From: Chloroflexota bacterium
GTDB taxonomy: Bacteria; Chloroflexota; Dormibacteria; Dormibacterales; Dormibacteraceae
Assembly (NCBI GenBank): GCA_005889495.1
Contig: VBHA01000065.1
Coordinates: forward strand, 4,961 to 68,960
Length of the DNA: 64,000 bases
Direction of reading: 5' to 3'
Shown here one piece after another: positions 34,424 to 42,695 of this stretch (within the stretch, counting starts at the first letter, position 1; each line of letters starts with the position of its first letter). Made by a program: the position numbers and the translations under genes. The notes beneath the pieces were generated by a model, which was not told where the DNA came from, ran no database searches, and saw nothing but the letters and a program-made list of their open reading frames with translations.

Positions 34424-37400
34424 CTAGGTCGCCGTGCTTATCGCGGTTGTTTTTGCCGACGCTTCGAATGCAGGCCGTGAACCGAGTGCGTAGCTCGTCG
34501 ACTCGTTCCGAGCGAGCAGCTCGACCGCCATCGCTTCGAGGTCCCGCACGCGCTGGTTGGCGCGGATCGCCTCCCGGATCGACAGGATCCCGACGGCCGG
34601 GTGGCGCTTCTCGATCACGTGGCGAAGCATGTTGAGGTGCGCGTTGTCGGGCACGCCCGGCTCGCGGATCCGGCGGACCGCGGCGCGCACGGTGGCCTGC
34701 GTACCGTCGATCGCCTCACCCTTGCCGAAGTCGAACTTGTAGCTCGGGCTCCTGCCGGCCGCGCGCTTCTCGCCGCTGAGCTTGATCCACTTCGCGTTCT
34801 CGGCACCCTTGCCGACGTCGATCACCAGACGCACCGACCGGCCCCGGTAATCGAAATGCGCGTTCATCCGCGCGTAGCTCTCGCGCTGCCCGGTCAGGCC
34901 CTCGTGCCGGCCGATGAGAAGCGGCGCGTCGGCGTCGAGCTTGATGCGGTCGATCGGCGTGAGCAGCGAGATGATCGCGAATGCGTGGGGGATGAGGTCG
35001 GCGATGACGCCGATGTCTGCGGCGGCGCCGGTGAGCGGCTGCTCCTCGAGGATCTCGATGCGAATCTCCTCCACGCTGTCCAGGAAGTTGCGCAGCGTGC
35101 GTTCCTCCGTCAGCAGCATCGCCAGCAGGCGGACCTCGAGCTTGAAGTAGTAGTGGTCCGCGGCGACGATCTCGACGCCGCCCTGGGCGCTGTCGAGGAA
35201 CCTCCGGTACTCGTCGGGCGGAGCGCCCAGCGGCTTCTCGATCAGGACCACGTCGCTGAGGTCGTAGTAGCGCTGGAGCGTAGGCAGGTGCGTGGCCGCG
35301 GGCGTCGCGATGTAGGTGATGACATACGAGCTCGACTCCAGCTCGCGCTCCAGCTGGTCGCGTGCCGGCGACGAGTGGCTGTCCCAGTAGAAGGAGTCGC
35401 CATGCGTCCTCACCTCTTCCTCCTTGACCCCGAGCCGGTCGCGGGAGCCGGGCGAGTCCTGCTCGACCACGAGGGTGCGGAAGTTGAAGAACTGCTTGAG
35501 CGTGAGCAGGTGCTGGTACGCCTTCTGGCCCCACTGGCCGAAGCCGATGAGGACGAAGTCCTTCTGCAGGTGTCGCTCCTCCTCGGCGAGTGCGTGGAGG
35601 CGCGCGTTCTTGATCGCCACCGCGGCCTGCACCGCCAGCGCTTGCGCCCGCTGCACCTCCTCGGGCCGGAACGCGCGGGTCCGATTGCGTTCCGCGAGCA
35701 CCGCCGCGCCGATCGCCTGGTCGTCGGCGATGAGGGGCAGGGCCATCAGCGAGCGCACGCCAAAGGTGCGCACGTACGCGGGGTCGACCTCCGAGCTGGC
35801 GGATGCGTCCTCGATGACGACCGGCTGCTCGCGGTCGAGGACCTCGAAAAGGAAGGAGGCTTGCGACCGTTCGCCGTGCTGGCGCCGCCACAGCTCCTCG
35901 AGGTCGGACGCGGCCGCGCCGTACCACCCCTGGCGGTCCTCTTCATACAGCGCGATCTGGCAGAGCGATGCGTCGACCAGGCGGGCCATGTTGTGGGCGA
36001 CCAGGGTGAGCGTCTGGTCGAGGTCGATCGAGCTGGCGATCGCCTTGCTGACATCCGCCACCAGCTCGAGCTGCTCCGCATGCCGTTGGGCCTCTTCGTA
36101 CAGCCGCGCCGTCTCGACGGCCACCGCCAGCTGGCCCGCCGCGGCCCGCAGAGCCTCGACCTGGCCCCAATCGGGACGCCGCTGGTCGGAGCGGTGGTAG
36201 CCGACCTCGAGCACACCGGTGGCCCGGCGTGACTGGTCGCTGCCGAACGGCACGAAGACCCGCACCAGGTCCTTGTGGCCGCCACGCTCGAAGACCTCGC
36301 CCGCCAGGGTGAAGGGAGGCTGGTCGCTCGCGTGCGCCTTCTCGCCGATGAGGCACGCGAGCACCTGGCCTTTCACCATCCCGTCGCCGTACACGACCGG
36401 GACCTCGGTCCAGGCCGAGGCGACCGGGATACCGCCGGCGATCACGTCGGCGTGCTCGCCCGACGGCATCGGCCCGACGATGACCGGCTGCCAGGACCGC
36501 GCCACGTACACCAGCACGTCCTCCTCCGCCAGGACGCGGTTCTCGTCCATGGCCCAGCGCGGGACCTTTTTTCCGGGATGGGCCGAGCTCCCCGACTCGA
36601 TCGCCGCGGCGGTCGCTGCGCCCGCGGCCATGCGCACCGCGGTGGCCCCGTCGTCTCGCTCCTCGAGCAGGTAGACGGTCGCGAAGTTGAAGTCGAACTC
36701 GGGCACCTGCGAATCGGTGAGGTGCCCCACCACCGCGTCGATGACCTGGTGCCGGGAGGCTCCCGGCTTGAGCATCGCGGCGGTCATGTCGCCGAGGGCG
36801 CTTAGCAGGCGGTTGCTGTTCTCGAGGTCGGCGATCAGGCGCTGGGAGGCGAGTGCCCCGCCGATGAGCTGCGCCCCCGCCTTGAGCATCTCGTCGGTCG
36901 AGGGAGCGCGCCGCACCGTCGCGAGCCGGTCGCGGCTCAGGAGGACCAGGTAGCCGTGAGGCTCGTCCTGCTTTCCGAGCGCATAGCTGGCGACCGGGTG
37001 CAGGTCGGACTCGGCGGTCGCCTCCCCGATCGTCTTCTCGAGCGCCTTCTCCCATGGGGTGGACGGGTCGCCGCGGTCGACGCGTGTGGGCGCGGCGACG
37101 CGCAGGTGGGCGGTGACGAGCTCGAGGTGCGAGCGCTGGTGGCCGAACTGGTAGATCGCCGCGCCGTCCAGGTTGCTCGCCATCAACAGGTCTGCAAGCG
37201 CGATGGAGAGCAGCCGGCGCAGCTCCTTGGCGTCGGTCCGCGCGTCGCCGACGGGCGTGGTCAGCAAAGACGTGAGCCTGGACAGCCCGTCGAGCGCGGC
37301 TCGCTCGGCGCCTTCCAGCGCGTCCTGGATCAGCCCGGCCGCCGTGGCCGCGCGGCGTTCCAGCTCGCGCAGGCGGCTGTCGTCCGGCGCCTTCTCCTTG

Positions 37401-37906
37401 TTCCTGTAGTTCAGGTAGATCAAGCCGAGCAGCCGGTCGCCCGCGAGCAGGGGCAGGCCGAGCGTCGACTGGACCTGGTAGCGCCGGATGAAGGTCGAGT
37501 CGATCTCCGCGGGCGCATTGCGAGCGACCAGGCGCTGGCGCGTCACCGTCAGCCAGACCGTGGATCCGTACTGGTGCACCCCCAGCTCGTCCGGGACCTT
37601 GCCCTGCTTCTCGTCGGAGAGGTAGCGGGTGAGCTGCTCGTGCATGTCGGTCAGGGAGTCGAGCAGGCTCTCCTGCGGCTGGCCGGTGGCGAACGGCGCG
37701 TAGTAGGTGTGGGTCGACTCCTCGTAGAGGAAGATCGAGACGATGTCCGCGCTCGAGGCGTGCTGAAAGTCCGCGATCACGCCGCGGAGGACCGCGGCGA
37801 GGCCTGAGTTGGCTTCGACTGGCGGGCGAATCAATTCGGCATTGGGATCATCACACGGATTCCACCACCCGAGCGGCCCCTCCGGCGCTGCGCGCCACCT
37901 CCCCAT
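34424..37906 (-). CDS. multi-GAF (about 4) sensor protein fused to a C-terminal G6PD/Gfo-Idh-MocA-like Rossmann dehydrogenase domain
   Basis: Repeated GAF-like modules end in ...LLGLIYLNY, ...GYLVLLS, ...TGVLEVGY and ...AIGAAVLAE. These are followed by VLIGFGQWGQKAYQHL, VVLIEKPLG, VAADHYYFKLEV and GVIADLIPHAF. The start is uncertain (ATG 37906 inside a repeat, or TTG 37834). Confidence 0.8.
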   Translation of the reverse strand: MGRWRAAPEGPLGWWNPCDDPNAELIRPPVEANSGLAAVLRGVIADFQHASSADIVSIFLYEESTHTYYAPFATGQPQESLLDSLTDMHEQLTRYLSDEKQGKVPDELGVHQYGSTVWLTVTRQRLVARNAPAEIDSTFIRRYQVQSTLGLPLLAGDRLLGLIYLNYRNKEKAPDDSRLRELERRAATAAGLIQDALEGAERAALDGLSRLTSLLTTPVGDARTDAKELRRLLSIALADLLMASNLDGAAIYQFGHQRSHLELVTAHLRVAAPTRVDRGDPSTPWEKALEKTIGEATAESDLHPVASYALGKQDEPHGYLVLLSRDRLATVRRAPSTDEMLKAGAQLIGGALASQRLIADLENSNRLLSALGDMTAAMLKPGASRHQVIDAVVGHLTDSQVPEFDFNFATVYLLEERDDGATAVRMAAGAATAAAIESGSSAHPGKKVPRWAMDENRVLAEEDVLVYVARSWQPVIVGPMPSGEHADVIAGGIPVASAWTEVPVVYGDGMVKGQVLACLIGEKAHASDQPPFTLAGEVFERGGHKDLVRVFVPFGSDQSRRATGVLEVGYHRSDQRRPDWGQVEALRAAAGQLAVAVETARLYEEAQRHAEQLELVADVSKAIASSIDLDQTLTLVAHNMARLVDASLCQIALYEEDRQGWYGAAASDLEELWRRQHGERSQASFLFEVLDREQPVVIEDASASSEVDPAYVRTFGVRSLMALPLIADDQAIGAAVLAERNRTRAFRPEEVQRAQALAVQAAVAIKNARLHALAEEERHLQKDFVLIGFGQWGQKAYQHLLTLKQFFNFRTLVVEQDSPGSRDRLGVKEEEVRTHGDSFYWDSHSSPARDQLERELESSSYVITYIATPAATHLPTLQRYYDLSDVVLIEKPLGAPPDEYRRFLDSAQGGVEIVAADHYYFKLEVRLLAMLLTEERTLRNFLDSVEEIRIEILEEQPLTGAAADIGVIADLIPHAFAIISLLTPIDRIKLDADAPLLIGRHEGLTGQRESYARMNAHFDYRGRSVRLVIDVGKGAENAKWIKLSGEKRAAGRSPSYKFDFGKGEAIDGTQATVRAAVRRIREPGVPDNAHLNMLRHVIEKRHPAVGILSIREAIRANQRVRDLEAMAVELLARNESTSYALGSRPAFEASAKTTAISTAT

Positions 37907-39125
37907 GAATGGGGAGGAGCCTAGATTTCGCGACGGCGCCGAGCCAGGAGGCGCTGGATCGGGGGTGGCGGGTGAAGGTCTGGCGGTCCACCGCGACCAG
38001 GCCGAACGTCGGGGCGTAGCCCAGCGCCCACTCGAAGTTGTCGAGCAGCGACCAGTAGAGGTAACCCCGGACGTCGATGCCCTCGGCCATGCATGCAAGC
38101 GTCTCGCGCAGCGCGACGTCGATGTAGGCGATCCGCTTTTCGTCGTTGGAGGTGGCGATCCCGTTCTCGGTCACCAGGATGGGCACACCCGGACAGCTAT
38201 GGTGGGCACGCCGGATCGCCCCGCCCAGGGCCTTGGGGTGGAACTCGTAGCCCATCTGGGTCGTCGCGTCCGTCTCCTCCAGCTCGCGGTCCATGTCACT
38301 CCAGTCGGAGCCGGGGCTCCGCGACCCCTCGGGGCCGAAGCGGAAACGCGTGTAGGTCTGGACGCCGATGAAGTCATCCTGTCGCGCGAGCTCGAAGAAC
38401 CAGTCGTTGACGCGCGACTCGAGCTCGAGGGATGAGCTGCCGGGTTGGGCCCCGTCCTCGTACTGGAGGTCTGGCAGGGCCAGCGTCACGCCGGTCGGGA
38501 CGCCGGCCCGCGAGCGGATCGCCGCGGCGCCGCGACGGTGCGCCTCCAGGAGGTTGTCGACCGCCCGCTGCGCGCCGTCCCTGTCGTCGGTGTGGCCCGG
38601 CGGGTTGATTCCGAGCAACCATCCGCTCGACCCCAGGCCCTGAGGCTCGTTGATCGTGCACGCGTACGCGATCCGGTCTCCGAGCGCAGCCGCCACCCGG
38701 TCGCAGTAGCGCTCGAACAGGCTCGGGAAGCTCTCGGCGGCGATCCCGCCCTGCTCGTGCAGCCAGCGCGGGACGGTGAAGTGGTGAAGGGTGACGATCG
38801 GCGCCACGCCGTGCTCGTGGCATGCGTCGAGCATCCGCCGGTAGTGCGCCAGCTCGGCCCGCGAGAACTCGCCCTCGGCCGGCTCGATGCGTGCCCACTC
38901 GAGCCCAAAGCGAAAGCACTGCAGCCCGAAGCCCGCCAGCATCGCCACATCGTCGCGATAGCGGTGATAGAAGTCACACGCATCTCCCGAGGGTTCGCGG
39001 CATGGCGTCGAGGCGATGTGCTCCCACCACCACCAGTCGCTGTTGGTGTTGCCGCCCTCGGTCTGGTAGGCGGAGATCGAGGCGCCGAACAGGAAGCCGT
39101 CGGGAAACCGCAAGGGCTCGTTCAT
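37851..39125 (-). CDS. GH1-family beta-glucosidase
   Basis: Motifs FPDGFLFGASISAYQTEGG, TINEPQ and LVTENG. Start at ATG 39125. The last ~20 codons run into repeat copy C. Confidence 0.9.
   Translation of the reverse strand: MNEPLRFPDGFLFGASISAYQTEGGNTNSDWWWWEHIASTPCREPSGDACDFYHRYRDDVAMLAGFGLQCFRFGLEWARIEPAEGEFSRAELAHYRRMLDACHEHGVAPIVTLHHFTVPRWLHEQGGIAAESFPSLFERYCDRVAAALGDRIAYACTINEPQGLGSSGWLLGINPPGHTDDRDGAQRAVDNLLEAHRRGAAAIRSRAGVPTGVTLALPDLQYEDGAQPGSSSLELESRVNDWFFELARQDDFIGVQTYTRFRFGPEGSRSPGSDWSDMDRELEETDATTQMGYEFHPKALGGAIRRAHHSCPGVPILVTENGIATSNDEKRIAYIDVALRETLACMAEGIDVRGYLYWSLLDNFEWALGYAPTFGLVAVDRQTFTRHPRSSASWLGAVAKSRLLPIHGEVARSAGGAARVVESV
37862..37917 (-). repeat. tandem-hairpin repeat family 3, copy C
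   Basis: The minus strand reads CCTCCCCAT-TC-ATGGGGAGG (37917-37898), then GGCGC-GCA-GCGCC (37896-37884), then GGAGGGGC. It overlaps the GH1 3' end and the possible start of the GAF gene. Confidence 0.7.
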
Positions 39126-39184
39126 CCGGCCGAGTCTAGCCACGCATGAGCGGGCTCTGCGCGCGCCCGGCGACAAAGCCAAAG

Positions 39185-39213
39185 TTGACAACCTTTCGGG
39201 AGCGAACTAGTAT
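39185..39213 (+). promoter_or_regulatory. sigma-70-like promoter for the ABC sugar-uptake operon
   Basis: TTGACA (39185-90), a 17-nt spacer, then TAGTAT (39208-13), about 120 nt upstream of ATG 39334. Confidence 0.5.
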
Positions 39214-39229
39214 CCGAACGTTAGCCAAG

Positions 39230-39241
39230 GCGAACGTTCGC
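39230..39241. promoter_or_regulatory. candidate LacI-family operator GCGAACGTTCGC
   Basis: A perfect 12-bp palindrome lies just downstream of the -10 box. The related half-site CCGAACGTTAGC lies at 39214-25. An identical palindrome lies at 50130-50141. Confidence 0.55.
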
Positions 39242-39333
39242 GTTGGCGTGTCGCCAAGCGGGCCGATGCCCCCCGGCATTGGGGTTGTTCGGGGCCCCCG
39301 GGCAGGGACAAGTTTTTGGGAGGAACGCACAGC

Positions 39334-40683
39334 ATGCCCGAGGTCTTTAGAAGGCTGAGCTCCAGGGCGATCGCGCTGAGTCTCGGCACGTTACTTCTCG
39401 CGGCCGCCTGTTCTTCGGGCGGGAACAACAACAACAGCCAGGGCGCGTCGTCGACCGACGTCACGGTCTGGACCGCCTGGGGTGGCGCGGAGCTCAAGGC
39501 GTTCAAAGACGTCCTGGCGCCGTTCGAGGCGAGCCAGCACATCAAGGTCCACATCACCACCAACCGCGACTCGACCAACCAGATCGCCAACGGCATCGCC
39601 GCCGGGACCGACCTGCCTGACATCGCCCCCGGACCGACCGACCCGACCCAGGTCAAGAGCTGGGTCAGCAAGGGCGCCATCAAGCCGGTTGAGACCGCGC
39701 TCGGCGACCAGTTCAGCTCCTACATCTCGAACACGTATCCCGCGCTGACCACGGCGCCCGGCGGCGCCACCGACGACCCCTACATCGGCATCATCGGCGG
39801 CAAGCACTACGAGCTGATGATCAAGACCCAGGTCAAGGGTCTGCTCTGGTACAACAAGAAGGTCTTCACCGGTCAGGCTCCGACGAGCTTCGACCAGCTG
39901 CTTGCGATCAACCCCTCGCAGTACAAGGCCAAGAACCTGTTCTGCGCCGGGTTCGAGTCCGGAGCCGCGTCGGGCTGGCCGGCCAGCGACCAGATCGACA
40001 ACATCATCATGCGGCAGTCCGGCGACCAGGTCTACACCAACTGGATCCAGGGCAAGGTCAAGTTCACCTCGAACGAGATCAAGCTCGGCTACCAGACCTT
40101 CCTCAAGGAAGTGTCTGACCAGACCGTCTACGGTGGCCGCAACACGGCCCTGTCGACGAACTTCGCCAAGGCCGGCGACCCACTCTTCAAGCAGCCGTCG
40201 GGGTGTCTGTTCCTGGAGCAGGCGACGTTCATCACCTCGTTCTTCCAGCAGGACTTCCCGAGCCAGAACCTGAAGGCCGGCACGGACTTCGACTTCTTCG
40301 CCCACCCGAGCATGGGCAACTCGCAGTACGACGGCAACGTCAACGGCTTCTACGACAATTTCGCGATGTACAACGACACGCCGGCGGCGCGCGCGCTGAT
40401 GAAGTACATGGCCACGAAGGACGCGCAGCAGATCTGGGCGAACGACGGTGGCACGCTGGGCGCGATCAAGTCCCTGAACTACACCGACCCGATCTTCAAG
40501 CGCGCGGCCGACGTGGCCGCCAGCGCCAAGAACCTGCTCGTCACGGCGGGCGACTTCATGCCCTCCGACATGCAGAAAGCCTTCTGGCAGTCGCTGCTCA
40601 ACGTGACCCGCGACCCGTCGAGCCTGGATTCGCAGCTGAGGCACCTGGACCAGGTGCAAGCAGCGTCGTACACGGCCAGCTAG
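39334..40683 (+). CDS. ABC transporter sugar-binding lipoprotein (solute-binding family 1)
   Basis: ATG 39334 lies after GGGAGGA. The lipobox is LLLAAAC-SSGG. Its length and composition fit sugar SBPs. Confidence 0.9.
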   Translation: MPEVFRRLSSRAIALSLGTLLLAAACSSGGNNNNSQGASSTDVTVWTAWGGAELKAFKDVLAPFEASQHIKVHITTNRDSTNQIANGIAAGTDLPDIAPGPTDPTQVKSWVSKGAIKPVETALGDQFSSYISNTYPALTTAPGGATDDPYIGIIGGKHYELMIKTQVKGLLWYNKKVFTGQAPTSFDQLLAINPSQYKAKNLFCAGFESGAASGWPASDQIDNIIMRQSGDQVYTNWIQGKVKFTSNEIKLGYQTFLKEVSDQTVYGGRNTALSTNFAKAGDPLFKQPSGCLFLEQATFITSFFQQDFPSQNLKAGTDFDFFAHPSMGNSQYDGNVNGFYDNFAMYNDTPAARALMKYMATKDAQQIWANDGGTLGAIKSLNYTDPIFKRAADVAASAKNLLVTAGDFMPSDMQKAFWQSLLNVTRDPSSLDSQLRHLDQVQAASYTAS

Positions 40684-40699
40684 CTCGGTTTTGATCGGT

Positions 40700-40731
40700 C
40701 GGGGCGGAGCGTTTCCGCCCCGGCCGCTTTT
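40700..40731 (+). terminator. intra-operon stem-loop / partial terminator after the SBP gene
   Basis: CGGGGCGGA-GCGTT-TCCGCCCCG (40700-40722) is followed by GCCGCTTTT. Confidence 0.5.
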
Positions 40732-40755
40732 GGCTCTGACAAGGAGATAGGCGGG

Positions 40756-41721
40756 GTGGATCAGATCATCACAGCGGTGGTCGCCGTGGTCGGCGTTCCG
40801 CTCGTGCTTCTCGGCTACATCATCCTGGGCGAGCAGGTCATCGAGAGGTTGCCCGACAAGCTCCAGGAGTCGATCCGGCCGTATTTCTGGGCCCTTCCGG
40901 CGATCGGGTTCGCGACGGTTTTCATGGTCTACCCGGTCGTACGCACCGTCGTCATCAGCTTCCGCAACAGCGACGACACGGACTGGATCGGCCTCGCCAA
41001 CTACAAGTACTTCGTCACGTTCCCAGACACGCTGACGGCGCTCCGCAACAGCCTTCTGTGGCTGGTGTTCTACACCTCGATCAGCGTCTTCCTGGGCCTG
41101 GTCATCGCCATCCTGCTCGACCGCGTGCGTTACGAGTCCCTGGCCAAGATCGCGATCTTCCTGCCGGTCCCGATCAGCGCGGTCGCGGCTTCGATCATCT
41201 GGAAGTTCATGTTCGACTACCAGCCTCCCGGAACGCCCCAGACCGGGACCTTGAACGCCATCCTCGGGTTGGCCGGGCGCGATCCGGTGGCATGGCTGGT
41301 CAACTCGACCACCAACAACGCGGCCCTCATCTTCGTCGGCATATGGACCATCACCGGGTTCTGCATGGTGATCATCTCGGCGAGCCTCAAAGCGATCAGC
41401 TCCGAGGTCCTCGAGGCGGCGAGAATCGATGGCGCGAACGAGTTTCAGATCGTCCGTCTCGTCATCACGCCGCTGCTGTGGCCGACCATCACCGTCGTCG
41501 GCACCACGATGATCATCAACGCGCTGAAGACGTTCGACATCGTCTATGTGATGACGAACGGCGCCTATGACACCGACGTCATCGCGACCCGGATGTTCAG
41601 CCAGCTGCAGAGCGCGCACTACGGTCGCGCGGCCGCCGTCGGCGTGGTCCTGTTCATCGCCATCGTTCCGCTCTTGATAGTCAACATCCGTCGCTTCCAG
41701 CAGCAGGAGGAGCAGCGATGA
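40756..41721 (+). CDS. ABC sugar transporter permease (MalF/UgpA-like)
   Basis: Six TM segments and the EAA-type loop SSEVLEAARIDGANEFQIVRLVITPLL. Confidence 0.9.
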   Translation: MDQIITAVVAVVGVPLVLLGYIILGEQVIERLPDKLQESIRPYFWALPAIGFATVFMVYPVVRTVVISFRNSDDTDWIGLANYKYFVTFPDTLTALRNSLLWLVFYTSISVFLGLVIAILLDRVRYESLAKIAIFLPVPISAVAASIIWKFMFDYQPPGTPQTGTLNAILGLAGRDPVAWLVNSTTNNAALIFVGIWTITGFCMVIISASLKAISSEVLEAARIDGANEFQIVRLVITPLLWPTITVVGTTMIINALKTFDIVYVMTNGAYDTDVIATRMFSQLQSAHYGRAAAVGVVLFIAIVPLLIVNIRRFQQQEEQR

Positions 41722-42623
41722 GCGCAGAGCAGGTGACGACTCGTCGCGAATCCGCCGTCGGGGCCGGTGTGTCCACCCTGGACCGGATCGGTTACCGCCT
41801 GCAGCGCCTGCCGCTGCACCTGGTGATCATCATCCTGTGCGCCATCTGGCTCGTGCCCACGGTCGGCATGATCATCAACTCGTTCCGCTCAGTCCAGGAC
41901 ATGGGCCAGTCAGGATGGTGGACCACCCTGTTTCCGCCTCACGGGTTCACGCTCGACAGCTACAAACAGGTGCTCAACATCGAAGGCGTCGCGCCGTCGA
42001 TCCTCTACAGCATCCTGATCACGATCCCGGCCACGGTCATCCAGCTCGCGATCGCGACCATGGGCGCTTACGCGTTTGCGTGGATGAAGTTTCCAGGCAG
42101 GAACCTCTTCTTCATCGTCATCGTCGGCCTGATGGTGGTTCCGATCCAGATGACGCTGATCCCGGTGCTGCAGATCTTCAAGCTGATCCACATCAGCGGC
42201 ACCATTCCGGCCGTCTGGCTCGCCCACTCGGGCTACGGCCTTCCCTTCGAGGTCTTCCTGCTGAGGAACTATCTGGGCGGACTGCCCCGCGAGATCTTCG
42301 AGTCCGCGGAGGTCGACGGCGCCGGCCACGCGGTGCGGTTCCTGCGCATCGCCGTCCCGATGACCATCCCGGCGATCGCCTCGCTGACCATCTTCGTGTT
42401 CCTGGGCATCTGGAACGACCTCCTGGTCGCCCTGACCTTCCTGGGAGTGAGCCCATACCGTCCTTTCACGGTCGTGATCACCGGGCTGGTGACCTCGTTC
42501 GGCGGCGGCTGGCAGTTCCTCACCGCCGCGGCCGTGCTGCAGATGTCGCTTCCGCTCGCCGTCTTCATCTTCCTGCAGCGCTACTTCGTGCGAGGCATCA
42601 CCAGCGGATCGGTCAAGGGTTAG
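41718..42623 (+). CDS. ABC sugar transporter permease (MalG/UgpE-like)
   Basis: The EAA-type loop is IFESAEVDGAGHAVRFLRIAVPM. It overlaps the upstream permease by 4 nt. Confidence 0.9.
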   Translation: MSAEQVTTRRESAVGAGVSTLDRIGYRLQRLPLHLVIIILCAIWLVPTVGMIINSFRSVQDMGQSGWWTTLFPPHGFTLDSYKQVLNIEGVAPSILYSILITIPATVIQLAIATMGAYAFAWMKFPGRNLFFIVIVGLMVVPIQMTLIPVLQIFKLIHISGTIPAVWLAHSGYGLPFEVFLLRNYLGGLPREIFESAEVDGAGHAVRFLRIAVPMTIPAIASLTIFVFLGIWNDLLVALTFLGVSPYRPFTVVITGLVTSFGGGWQFLTAAAVLQMSLPLAVFIFLQRYFVRGITSGSVKG

Positions 42624-42632
42624 CAAAGGTCC

Positions 42633-42690
42633 CACTGCCGGCACTCGCGTGAAATTCCGGGCGAAATCAGCGCCGAGTGCCGGCATTCGG
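42633..42690. repeat. TGCCGGCA-box doublet repeat family 2, copy a
   Basis: CACTGCCGGCACTCGCG lies at 42633-49 and GAGTGCCGGCATTCGG at 42675-90. The TGCCGGCA cores are exactly 42 bp apart. The element sits in the 72-nt gap between the permease and sulfatase genes. Confidence 0.8.
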
Positions 42691-42695
42691 GCAAT

